Shown: positions 10,526 to 19,198 of the stretch, piece by piece
How positions within the stretch are numbered: the stretch's first letter is position 1
Layout of the letters: each line of letters starts with the position of its first letter
NCBI GenBank assembly: GCA_900551855.1
Contig: URXM01000006.1
Span: 3,185 to 67,184 of the forward strand
DNA from: an uncultured Eubacteriales bacterium
GTDB taxonomy: Bacteria; Bacillota; Clostridia; Christensenellales; UBA1242
Direction of reading: 5' to 3'
Length of the DNA stretch: 64,000 nucleotides
Notes under the pieces: generated by a model
The model's input: the letters and a program-made list of their open reading frames with translations, nothing else
What the model was told of the DNA's origin: nothing
Database searches by the model: none
Position numbers and translations under genes: made by a program

Positions 10526-11560
10526 ATGAAAAAAATCGTCCTTACAGGTGGAGGCACAGCAGGACATATATATCCCGCCTTAGCAATAGCAGAAAGTTTA
10601 AAAAATTTTGAAATACATTACATTGGAAGTAATGGAATGGAAAAAGAAATTTTAAAGAAATATCCCAACATATCATATCACGAAATCCCAGCAGTAAAAC
10701 TGGAAAGGAAGATAACTTTTAAAAATTTATTGATTCCTTTTAAACTTATAAACTCAATAAAGAAAACAAAAAAAATATTAAAAACAATCTCCCCCGATAT
10801 TATTTTTTCAAAAGGAGGTTTTGTTGCCGTTCCTGTCGTTATTGCTGGCAAAAAATTAAACATTCCAATCATAAGTCACGAAAGCGATTTGTCTTTTGGA
10901 CTTGCAAACAAAATTATTTTGCATTATTGCGATGTTATGTGCACAACCTTTGAAAAAACAGGAAAAGGAAACAAAAAGTGTTGTCATACTGGTCAACCAA
11001 TAAGAAAAGAAATTTTCAATGGCGAAAAATTAAATTTCAATTTTGATAATTCAAAACCAACAATATTGGTCATTGGTGGAAGCCTTGGAGCACAATTTTT
11101 AAATGAGATTATTTACAAAAATTTGGATACGCTAACCGAAAAATATAACATTATTCATATAACAGGCAAAAACAATTTCAAAAATATCTCTCACAAAAAT
11201 TATAAATCTTTTGCCTATGCAGAACACATCGAGGATTTATATAAAAGTGCAGATTTTGTCATTTCAAGAGCAGGAAGTGGAGTAATAAACGAACTCTTAG
11301 CCTTAGAAAAACCAATGCTTTTGATCCCTTTGTCTAAAAAATGCTCAAGAGGAGATCAAATAGAAAATGCAAAATTATTTAATCAATTAGGATATTGTGA
11401 AATTATTGAAGAAGAAAATTATAACACAAATATTTTAATGGAAAAATTAGAAAAAATAATAAAAAATAAAGAAAAAATACAAAAAAATATGAAAAAAACT
11501 GCAAAAAATAATCCAGTTGAAGAAATAATTAAATTAATTGATAAATATATTAAAAAATAA
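10526..11560 (+). CDS. murG: undecaprenyldiphospho-muramoylpentapeptide beta-N-acetylglucosaminyltransferase
   Basis: N-terminus MKKIVLTGGGTAGHIYPALAIAE, plus GGSLGA and SRAGSGVINELLAL motifs. AAGGAG lies upstream of the ATG. Confidence 0.9.
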   Translation: MKKIVLTGGGTAGHIYPALAIAESLKNFEIHYIGSNGMEKEILKKYPNISYHEIPAVKLERKITFKNLLIPFKLINSIKKTKKILKTISPDIIFSKGGFVAVPVVIAGKKLNIPIISHESDLSFGLANKIILHYCDVMCTTFEKTGKGNKKCCHTGQPIRKEIFNGEKLNFNFDNSKPTILVIGGSLGAQFLNEIIYKNLDTLTEKYNIIHITGKNNFKNISHKNYKSFAYAEHIEDLYKSADFVISRAGSGVINELLALEKPMLLIPLSKKCSRGDQIENAKLFNQLGYCEIIEEENYNTNILMEKLEKIIKNKEKIQKNMKKTAKNNPVEEIIKLIDKYIKK

Positions 11561-11586
11561 TTTATTTATTTTTTTCTATTAAATAA

Positions 11587-12744
11587 TCAATAATTTTTAT
11601 TTATTTTTAATTTTTCTAAATTAGGGAGTCCATAACCTTCCAAATACATTTCAAAACCGAGAGGCTGACAAATTTTTAAAAGAATATTTTTTATTTGATC
11701 AGGTTTTAATGTTGGATCTTTTTCAAAAAACAAACAACAAAGCCCCGCAATCATTGGTGTAGCAACAGAAGTTCCACTCAAAAGAGTGTAAGGATTTTTT
11801 ATACCACAAGAAATTATATCAACACTTGGAGCAACAACATCTGGCTTAATGTTTCGAAAAGCAGGTCCCCGTGACGAAAAATCTGCAATTTCAAAATATT
11901 TTCTGTTAAAATTTGCATCATCATATCTATTGTCATCGATTCCACCAACAGTAATAATTTTAGAACTTATTCCTGGAGATTTAATTGTTTGGTATTCTGG
12001 TCCACTGTTTCCAGCAGCAGCGACAACAACGACTCCATCTTTCCAAAGAGCGTCTGCCCCCAACATAATGGGATCATTGTGTCCAAGAGGTTCACTGCCA
12101 AAACTCATACAAACAACCTTTATGTTATATTTCTTGTGATTGTCATAAACCCATTCCATAGCATCAAGAATTTTGTTTGCACTCGCCTCACCTTTTTCAT
12201 TTAATGCTTTAAGAGAAAATATCTTTGATTTTGGTGCTATGCCAGAATATTTGAATTTTGATAAAACTCCATTCCCAGAGCACACACCACAAACAAAAGT
12301 TCCGTGACCATTGTCGTCATACATATTTTTCTTGTTTGCAATAAAGTCTTTAAACAGTTCGACCCTATTTCTTCCAATCATAAAATCACAATGTGGTGAA
12401 AGCCCTGTATCAATAAAAGCCACCCCAACACCATCTCCATAATATGGAAAAGCTTCCGATCTTAAAATTTGCTTGGAAACATACATCATACAATTTGCGA
12501 CAGCATTTGAAGATATAAATTTGATAGAATCAAAATTTGACAAAGAATAAATTTCTTTTTGAGAAGCTTTACAATAGAAAGAATTTATGAATAAATATTC
12601 ATCTAAAATATGTATATTTCTATCTTTCAAAGTCTGCCTAGTTTTGTTTAAATTTTTAGAATACACAAAACAAGGCAATTTTTTGTCTCTGCTTAAAATA
12701 GCAATTTCGTTTAATAATCTTCTGTCAATTTTGTTTACATTCAT
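11587..12744 (-). CDS. subtilisin-like serine peptidase (S8 family)
   Basis: The catalytic triad contexts are present: VAFIDTGL (Asp), DNGHGTFVCG (His) and LSGTSVATPMIAG (Ser). Confidence 0.85.
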   Translation of the reverse strand: MNVNKIDRRLLNEIAILSRDKKLPCFVYSKNLNKTRQTLKDRNIHILDEYLFINSFYCKASQKEIYSLSNFDSIKFISSNAVANCMMYVSKQILRSEAFPYYGDGVGVAFIDTGLSPHCDFMIGRNRVELFKDFIANKKNMYDDNGHGTFVCGVCSGNGVLSKFKYSGIAPKSKIFSLKALNEKGEASANKILDAMEWVYDNHKKYNIKVVCMSFGSEPLGHNDPIMLGADALWKDGVVVVAAAGNSGPEYQTIKSPGISSKIITVGGIDDNRYDDANFNRKYFEIADFSSRGPAFRNIKPDVVAPSVDIISCGIKNPYTLLSGTSVATPMIAGLCCLFFEKDPTLKPDQIKNILLKICQPLGFEMYLEGYGLPNLEKLKINKNY

Positions 12745-13004
12745 TTCAAACTGTCAATTATCCTTATCATATTTTCATAGGTTTGTGTTGGCAAATAAGT
12801 TTTAATTTTCTCCAAAGAAGCCATCAAAGCATCATAGTCAAAAGTTCCGTTAAGTTTTTGATTTTCTATCTCTTTTGTCAACATAGAAAACAATTCATCA
12901 GATGAACGATCCTTTAAATCATCATATGCTTTGTTTATGTTTTGTTGTTTTGAAGATGAAATCTTTTCAGAATTTTTCTTTTTTGACATTTCACTCAGTT
13001 TCAT
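12741..13004 (-). CDS. hypothetical small protein, start-stop overlapped with the S8 peptidase gene
   Basis: The ORF-track ORF runs 12741..13118. The internal start MKLSEMSKKK at 13004 avoids overlap with the divergent gene. Its stop overlaps the peptidase ATG by 4 nt. Confidence 0.5.
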   Translation of the reverse strand: MKLSEMSKKKNSEKISSSKQQNINKAYDDLKDRSSDELFSMLTKEIENQKLNGTFDYDALMASLEKIKTYLPTQTYENMIRIIDSLK

Positions 13005-13080
13005 ATTTACCCCTAAAAACAATATATGATTTAGTTTGCAAAATTTACACAAAAACAAAATTTGGTGCATATAAATAAGT

Positions 13081-13491
13081 ATGAATAATTTTTTTAACAA
13101 TCCTTTTTCACAAAACAACCGAGCAAAGCCCTACTATCCAGAAGCATTAAACATAAACGCCCAGTCTCAATCTTTTGATACAAATCAACAGAATGATCAA
13201 CAACAAAACTTTTCACAACAAAATCAAAATTTTCAGCAGAATATTTTTTCAAATCTATTTAATGGACAAAGTGGAAACAATATGTTTTCAAATCTATTCA
13301 ACAGCAACGAACTTTTGACTTCACTTTTGGCTGGCAACTTGTTTGGAAACAACAATAATCCAGACGCAAAAAACAATATGATAATGCAAGCATTGTCAAA
13401 TATGATGACTTCATCAAACAAAAGTCAAAAACAAAGTGAAGAGAATGTAGAAAAAGTTGTTGATGTTTCATCAACATACGAAGAATTATAA
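13081..13491 (+). CDS. hypothetical Q/N-rich low-complexity protein
   Basis: 136-aa ORF with runs such as QQNDQQQNFSQQNQNFQQNIFSNLFNGQSGNNMFSNLFNSN. A strong terminator follows it. Confidence 0.55.
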   Translation: MNNFFNNPFSQNNRAKPYYPEALNINAQSQSFDTNQQNDQQQNFSQQNQNFQQNIFSNLFNGQSGNNMFSNLFNSNELLTSLLAGNLFGNNNNPDAKNNMIMQALSNMMTSSNKSQKQSEENVEKVVDVSSTYEEL

Positions 13492-13496
13492 AAATA

Positions 13497-13530
13497 AAAA
13501 ACCAACCTTTTCAGTTGGTTTTTGTTTTAT
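13497..13530. terminator. bidirectional rho-independent terminator between convergent genes
   Basis: Hairpin aaaaaccaac-cttttca-gttggttttt with a 10-bp perfect stem, flanked by an A-run upstream and a T-run downstream. Confidence 0.75.
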
Positions 13531-14171
13531 TCATCTACAACTTTTCCGTGTTCAAAATAAATTTTTCTCTTACAAATTTTCTCTGCTATTTCTGGTCTTG
13601 TGCAAGCCAAAATCAATGTTGTGTCAGGACCTTTCAATTTTTTAATCAAACTTAAAATAGCATCAATATAAATATCGGAAATTTCATCAAAAATATTGTC
13701 AACAAGAAGCAAATCAAGTTTTCTGAAAGAAAGTCTTATCAAAGACAAAATGTATTTATCTTCCTTTCTTATGTTTTTAACCTTTTCATCTCTGATTTTT
13801 TCAAGAGAGAAGTCAATGATGGCATTGTTGATCATCTTTTCAGCTTCTGCTGGCTTATAACCTTTTTTGTTGAGAATGTATTTAAAGTTTTCATACACTG
13901 TTTTATTTTCCAAAAACACTGGACAATAAGGCACATAGCCGACACTCAAATCGGTTTTGAAATCAATCTTTTTGATAGGTATTTTGTTTATATAAATCTC
14001 TCCAGAATCAAAATCTTCCAATTTTGCTATAACTCTAAGCAAAGTGGTTTTTCCGCTGTTTTGTTCCCCAACAAAAGCAACGCTTTCACCTGGTGCCACA
14101 TCAAGATTGATGTCTTCAAGCGCATAAAACTCTTTTGTATATTTAAGATAAAGGTTTTTTATAGATAACAT
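13527..14171 (-). CDS. ABC-type ATPase-like protein with degenerate catalytic motifs
   Basis: Walker A GEQNSGKTTLL is present. The LSGGQ signature, Walker B DE and H-loop positions are not canonical (YILSLIRLS, LLLVDNIFDE, LILACTRPE). No permease gene lies adjacent. Confidence 0.7.
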   Translation of the reverse strand: MLSIKNLYLKYTKEFYALEDINLDVAPGESVAFVGEQNSGKTTLLRVIAKLEDFDSGEIYINKIPIKKIDFKTDLSVGYVPYCPVFLENKTVYENFKYILNKKGYKPAEAEKMINNAIIDFSLEKIRDEKVKNIRKEDKYILSLIRLSFRKLDLLLVDNIFDEISDIYIDAILSLIKKLKGPDTTLILACTRPEIAEKICKRKIYFEHGKVVDE

Positions 14172-14275
14172 ATTTGCTCCTATTTTTATAGATATATGAT
14201 ACTATATCTTGCAAAAAAATAAAAGTAAATTCACAGATTTTTGAAATTTACTTTTATCTTATATAAAAAACTTTT

Positions 14276-14791
14276 CTACTTTTCGTGTTTTTTGACAGAA
14301 ACTTTGACTTCGCTGGAGATATCTTCACTTAAAACCAAAATCTCTTCTTGACTGTCAGTATTTTCCTTTGTTTCTCCTGCAACCACCCTAAATGTCAAAT
14401 CAACATCATTGTCAGCAGAAAACAAAAACACTCTACTTCCAAAATCTTCGTAGGTTTTGTATCCAGCCTCTCCCTGCACGCCGTTTGTTTTGCTGATAAG
14501 ATATGTCAAATTATACCAATAATCACTTTTAGGAAAACATATAACATATTGTTCTCCCAATTCCTCACCAAAAGCGACCAACTGTTCTTCATTGCTGGAC
14601 TTTATTTGCAAATCAACATATTTATCTTTCACCCTTTCATCGTTGTCCAGACTGACTTTTATTGCATAATCCGTACTCAACGCTCCAGTTATCTCGCTTA
14701 TATGCGCACTTCTAATTTTTGTCTCATTTTCACAGCCAGACAATAAAAAACAAAAACAAACACACAAAATCACGGAAATAAATTTTCTCAT
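14276..14791 (-). CDS. hypothetical lipoprotein
   Basis: Signal peptide with lipobox: MRKFISVILCVCFCFLLSGC. Confidence 0.65.
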   Translation of the reverse strand: MRKFISVILCVCFCFLLSGCENETKIRSAHISEITGALSTDYAIKVSLDNDERVKDKYVDLQIKSSNEEQLVAFGEELGEQYVICFPKSDYWYNLTYLISKTNGVQGEAGYKTYEDFGSRVFLFSADNDVDLTFRVVAGETKENTDSQEEILVLSEDISSEVKVSVKKHEK

Positions 14792-14874
14792 AATCTTATA
14801 ATGTTCGTTTTTGTCTTTATTATGCCATAAATAAACATATCACTTATCAAAAATGATATTTTTTATAGCTTAAA

Positions 14875-15402
14875 TTAGAAATTTACTTCAATCAAACCAT
14901 ACTTATTGTCATTTCTCTTATAAATAACATTAACTTTTCCAGTTTCTGCATTAAGGAAAATGTAGAAAGTATGTCCCAATCTTTCAATGGCATCTTTTGC
15001 TTCTTCAACCATAATAGGATCAAGTTCGAATGTCTTTTTCTTGTAGATTTCTGGCAATTTTACATCTGGCATTTCGTCCAAATATTCAAATCCAACATTC
15101 TTTGGAGCAGTTCTTTTGCTTTGAGTAACTTTTTCTCTGTTTCTAACAATTTGTTTCTCAAGTTTTGGAAGTGCAAGGTCGATGTTTTCATACATATTAA
15201 GTCCAGAAACTTCTGATCTAAACAAAAGACCTTTGTTTGTGATTGTGATTTCCAATTTTTCAATTTTGTTTTGCTTTGAGCAAACAACTCTTGCTGTAGC
15301 TTCTTCGCCAAAATATTTGTTTAATCTTTCCAACTTTTCTGTAAGGACAGTTTTGAATCTTTTAGCAATTTTGTATTTTTTTTCAACAAATGTAATTTTC
15401 AT
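14875..15402 (-). CDS. hpf: ribosome hibernation promoting factor (long HPF)
   Basis: The MKITFVEKKYKIAKRF... start at 15402 is preceded by AAGGAGA, whereas the ORF-track start at 15453 is not. The C-terminal dimerisation-type domain ends ...TGKVNVIYKRNDNKYGLIE. Confidence 0.8.
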   Translation of the reverse strand: MKITFVEKKYKIAKRFKTVLTEKLERLNKYFGEEATARVVCSKQNKIEKLEITITNKGLLFRSEVSGLNMYENIDLALPKLEKQIVRNREKVTQSKRTAPKNVGFEYLDEMPDVKLPEIYKKKTFELDPIMVEEAKDAIERLGHTFYIFLNAETGKVNVIYKRNDNKYGLIEVNF

Positions 15403-15467
15403 ATCTATCTCCTTTTGTAGAAACATTTTACCAAATATTTCGTATTTTTCCAAATGTTTTTCAAGAA

Positions 15468-17900
15468 TTACTCAGCAGTGTTGAAAACAAGTTGATCTCC
15501 GTCCAATTCGACTTCGATTGTTCCGTGTTCTGGAAGTTCGCCAAGCAAAATTTTCTCGGCAATTTTATCTTCAATTTCTTGTTCAATAAATCTCTTCAAA
15601 GGTCTTGCACCATAAATCAAGTTAGATCCTTTTGCAACAATATAGTCAATAGCTTTCTTGTCAACTTTCAATTTCAAGTGTTTTGCTGCAAGACGCTTGT
15701 TGATGTTTGCAATAAGAATGTCAGATATTTTGATAAGATCTTGTTTAGACAAAGAATCAAAGATGCAAATTACATCAATTCTGTTGATAAGTTCTGGCTT
15801 AAATTTCTTCTTAAGAGCATCCATATAGATGTCTCTTTCATTGATTTTTTCGTTGTTGTCAGAGCCAAAGCCAAGTTGTCTTTGTTGACGAATTTCGTTT
15901 GCACCAATGTTGCTTGTCATAATAACTATAGTATTTTTAAAGCTTACTGTTCTGCCTTTTCCGTCTGTCAAACGACCATCATCAAGAATTTGAAGCAATG
16001 CATTCAAAACTTCTGGATGAGCCTTTTCAATTTCATCAAAAAGCACAACGCTGTAAGGTTTTCTTCTTACTTGTTCTGTAAGTTGTCCACCTTCATCAAA
16101 ACCTACATATCCTGGAGGAGCTCCAATAAGTTTTGAAACAGTATGACTTTCCATATACTCACTCATATCAATTCTTATGATATTGTTTTCATTGTCAAAC
16201 ATAGCTTCAGCAAGTGCTTTAGAAAGTTCTGTTTTACCAACACCAGTAGGTCCCATAAACAAGAAGGAACCGATTGGTCGTTTGCTGTCTTGAAGTCCAA
16301 CTCTTGCTCTTCTGATAGCTTTTGCAACGGCTTTGATGGCTTCGTCTTGACCAACAACCCTCTTGTGCAAAATTTCTTCCAAGTGAACAAGTTTTTCTTT
16401 TTCGCCTTCAGTAAGTTTTGTGACAGGAATGCCCGTCCATTTAGAAACCACTTCAGCGATTTCGTTTGCTCCAATTTGCTTGCTACCACTCTTCTTGATG
16501 ATTGTAGCATTTTGAGTTTTTAGTTCGTTCTCCAAATTGATAATTTCAGATTGAAGTTTTGCAGCCTTTTCATAATTTCTCTGCAAAGAAGCCTCGTCAC
16601 GACTTGCAGACAAAGTTTTGATTTTTTCTTCCAAATCTCTTACCTTTTGAGGTTTGATTGTGTAGTTAACTTTTGCACGAGAACAAGCCTCATCAATAAG
16701 GTCGATTGCTTTGTCAGGCAAACTTCTGTCTGTGATGTATCTGTCAGACAAGTTTGCAGCAGCTTCGATTGCTTCATTTGTGATGATAATCTTATGGAAT
16801 GCTTCATAAGTGTCTTTCAAACCTTTCAAAATCTCAATAGTTTGTTCAACTGATGGAGGGTTTACCATAACAGGTTGAAATCTTCTTTCCAAAGCCTTAT
16901 CTTTTTCAATATACTTTCTGTATTCATCTGTTGTTGTTGCACCAATAGTTTGAAGTTCTCCTCTTGCAAGGTATGGTTTCAACATATCAGAAGGACTTGT
17001 CTCCCCTTTTTCACTTCCAGCTTGTGCCAAAGTGTGAATTTCATCAATAAAGACAATGATGTTTCCGTTTTGAATAATAGTTTCAATAGCGTCCTTAAGT
17101 TTTTCTTCCATTTGACCACGATATTTAGTCCCCGCCATAAGTCCGCCAATTTCAAGAGCATAAATTGTTTTGTCTTTCAATTCTTCAGGAACATCACCAC
17201 TTGCAATCGCTTGAGCCAAGCCTTCAACGACTGCAGTCTTACCAACTCCCGCTTCACCAATCAAAACAGGGTTATTTTTTGTCTTTCTGCAAAGGATTTC
17301 AATAACTCTTTGTATTTCTTCTTCCCTGCCAATAACTGGGTCAAGTTTGTGCTGTCTTGCCTTTAATGTTATATCACTTCCCATATCAAGCAATTTTTCT
17401 GGCAAAGTGCTTCCTGCTTGACTGTTTTTAGCCTCTTCACTTCTTTTGTTTTCAGGATTTGAAACTTGCAAAGAGGCCATAAGTTTTGCTTTCATTTCTT
17501 CAGTGTTTACATTGAAGACATTTTCAAGCATTTTTGTTGCATAACAACTTTTGTTTGAAAGTATAGCCAAAAGCAAATGTTCAGTGCCTATAAAAGAGTG
17601 TCCCATATCCATTGCAATTTGTTGAGCCATTTGGAAGAGCTCTTTTGTCCTTGGTGTAAGTTCTACACTTCCAAACAAAGTGACTCCACTTGAAGATTCT
17701 TCAAAAAGTTCAAACAAAGAGTTTTCTGTGACACCATAAGAAGCCAAAATTTTTGAAGCAGTGCACTCAGAAACGCTAGAAAGTCCATAAAGTATATGTT
17801 CAGTGCCTACCAAATTACTGCCAAATCTGAGGGCGATTTTGCTGGCATTTTTTATAACCTTTTCAATACTATCTGAAAATAAACCATTATTTAAAGCCAT
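15468..17900 (-). CDS. clpC: ATP-dependent Clp protease ATP-binding subunit ClpC
   Basis: Two Clp_N repeats, two AAA+ modules (GEAGVGKTA and GPTGVGKTE) and a middle coiled coil. It lies downstream of mcsB. Confidence 0.92.
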   Translation of the reverse strand: MALNNGLFSDSIEKVIKNASKIALRFGSNLVGTEHILYGLSSVSECTASKILASYGVTENSLFELFEESSSGVTLFGSVELTPRTKELFQMAQQIAMDMGHSFIGTEHLLLAILSNKSCYATKMLENVFNVNTEEMKAKLMASLQVSNPENKRSEEAKNSQAGSTLPEKLLDMGSDITLKARQHKLDPVIGREEEIQRVIEILCRKTKNNPVLIGEAGVGKTAVVEGLAQAIASGDVPEELKDKTIYALEIGGLMAGTKYRGQMEEKLKDAIETIIQNGNIIVFIDEIHTLAQAGSEKGETSPSDMLKPYLARGELQTIGATTTDEYRKYIEKDKALERRFQPVMVNPPSVEQTIEILKGLKDTYEAFHKIIITNEAIEAAANLSDRYITDRSLPDKAIDLIDEACSRAKVNYTIKPQKVRDLEEKIKTLSASRDEASLQRNYEKAAKLQSEIINLENELKTQNATIIKKSGSKQIGANEIAEVVSKWTGIPVTKLTEGEKEKLVHLEEILHKRVVGQDEAIKAVAKAIRRARVGLQDSKRPIGSFLFMGPTGVGKTELSKALAEAMFDNENNIIRIDMSEYMESHTVSKLIGAPPGYVGFDEGGQLTEQVRRKPYSVVLFDEIEKAHPEVLNALLQILDDGRLTDGKGRTVSFKNTIVIMTSNIGANEIRQQRQLGFGSDNNEKINERDIYMDALKKKFKPELINRIDVICIFDSLSKQDLIKISDILIANINKRLAAKHLKLKVDKKAIDYIVAKGSNLIYGARPLKRFIEQEIEDKIAEKILLGELPEHGTIEVELDGDQLVFNTAE

Positions 17901-17978
17901 AATAACCTCCTTTTTTGGTTTAATATCATTATTTATTTCCTGTTAATAAGAAATAAGTCAACTTTTACAAAAATAAAA

Positions 17979-18992
17979 TCACTTTGAAACAAGTTCTTTT
18001 ATTTTCCTATTAATATACTCACTTCGTAGCTGTTCTTCCTTTAAAATTTCTGAAAAATTTTCAATTTCTTTCAAATTTGCGCTTGCACCCTCAACATAAA
18101 GTTTTTCAAAGCCTTTATGATCAGAGATTTTTAAAAATCCCAGTGCATCTCCAAACTTTATAAGTGACAAGAGCTCTATCATTTCTTTCTCTTCAAGGGA
18201 GAAACACTCTTTCAAAACACCATAAGCACGATAAATTTCATCTATCAATTTGTCGTGATTGCTTGCTAAAATGTCTTCTCTTGCAGACAGTTCCATCTGA
18301 CATATGTTGTAAACATAATCAGAAACACCATCAATTATTTCTTCTTCTGAAAGTCCCAACGAGTTTTGATTGGAAATTTGGTAAAAACTTCCATAAGTTT
18401 CACTTCCTTCCCCATACAACCCACGAATTGTGTATCCCTGCTGTCTAACTTCTTTTTTCAACAACTCAATGTCTCCATTTCTTTCAAGTGCAGGCAAAAA
18501 GAGCATAACCGATGCCCTCATACCTGTTCCGAGATTTGAAGGAGAAGAAGTGATATATCCATAATCATTTGAATATGCCACATCAATTTCTGACAAAATC
18601 AAATCATCAAGCACTTTCAATTCTCTGTAAGGCTTATACAAATTGAATTCATTTACGATGCATTGTTCCCTGATGTGATCCTCTTCGTTTATCATAACAA
18701 TGATATGCTCATCATCACTCATAGCAACAGCAGAAATATCCTTGTTTTCAATAAGTTCTTTGCTTATCAAATGTCTTTCAAGCAAAGCATTACATTCGTT
18801 TAAAGAAAGGTTTTTAAGTCTAATAAAATCAAATCCACCATATTTCTCCAAAATTTTTTGAATGGAGTCAATGATAAAAACTGCGTCACTCTCATCACGC
18901 AGTTTCGTGAAAAAATTGAAGCCAGAGATATTTCTAGCAAGTCTAATTCTTGAAGATATAGCAATGTTTTCAAAATTTTCGTTCATATTCAT
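17979..18992 (-). CDS. mcsB: protein arginine kinase McsB (ATP:guanido phosphotransferase)
   Basis: Contains SSRIRLARNISGFNF and SNLGTGMRASVMLFLPAL motifs. It lies between the mcsA-like gene and clpC. Confidence 0.88.
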   Translation of the reverse strand: MNMNENFENIAISSRIRLARNISGFNFFTKLRDESDAVFIIDSIQKILEKYGGFDFIRLKNLSLNECNALLERHLISKELIENKDISAVAMSDDEHIIVMINEEDHIREQCIVNEFNLYKPYRELKVLDDLILSEIDVAYSNDYGYITSSPSNLGTGMRASVMLFLPALERNGDIELLKKEVRQQGYTIRGLYGEGSETYGSFYQISNQNSLGLSEEEIIDGVSDYVYNICQMELSAREDILASNHDKLIDEIYRAYGVLKECFSLEEKEMIELLSLIKFGDALGFLKISDHKGFEKLYVEGASANLKEIENFSEILKEEQLRSEYINRKIKELVSK

Positions 18993-19042
18993 AACAAATT
19001 ATAACAAACTATTCAAAGATAATCAAACAAATCGCAAGTAAA

Positions 19043-19198
19043 TTAAGCTTCGTTAGATTTGTGCTTTTTGCCTTTATACATTCTGTCAACAGCCTGTTTG
19101 ACAGCAGGAAGTTCATAGCATTTTTCACAACCAACGAAACCTGTTTCCAAAATTTCTTGCACACTTGTGTGGCATTTTGGACAAACATCATTGTTCAT
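19043..19198 (-). CDS. mcsA: minimal McsA-like zinc-finger protein (51 aa)
   Basis: Not in the ORF track because it is shorter than 60 aa. My translation is MNNDVCPKCHTSVQEILETGFVGCEKCYELPAVKQAVDRMYKGKKHKSNEA. It has a CxxC-X14-CxxC module and sits immediately upstream of mcsB. Its start overlaps the tex 3' end by 11 nt. The 60-aa track ORF at 19009..19191 is in a different frame and looks spurious. Confidence 0.6.
   Translation of the reverse strand: MNNDVCPKCHTSVQEILETGFVGCEKCYELPAVKQAVDRMYKGKKHKSNEA

Noticed and set aside
15492-16136. Long antisense ORFs inside clpC, tex, the topoisomerase genes and others (for example 15492..16136, 19326..20000, 20382..20954, 7296..7640, 9820..10134)
   Set aside because: These are shadow ORFs on the opposite strand of well-supported genes. 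They have low-complexity F/L/I/K/N-rich translations typical of AT-rich antisense frames and no RBS.
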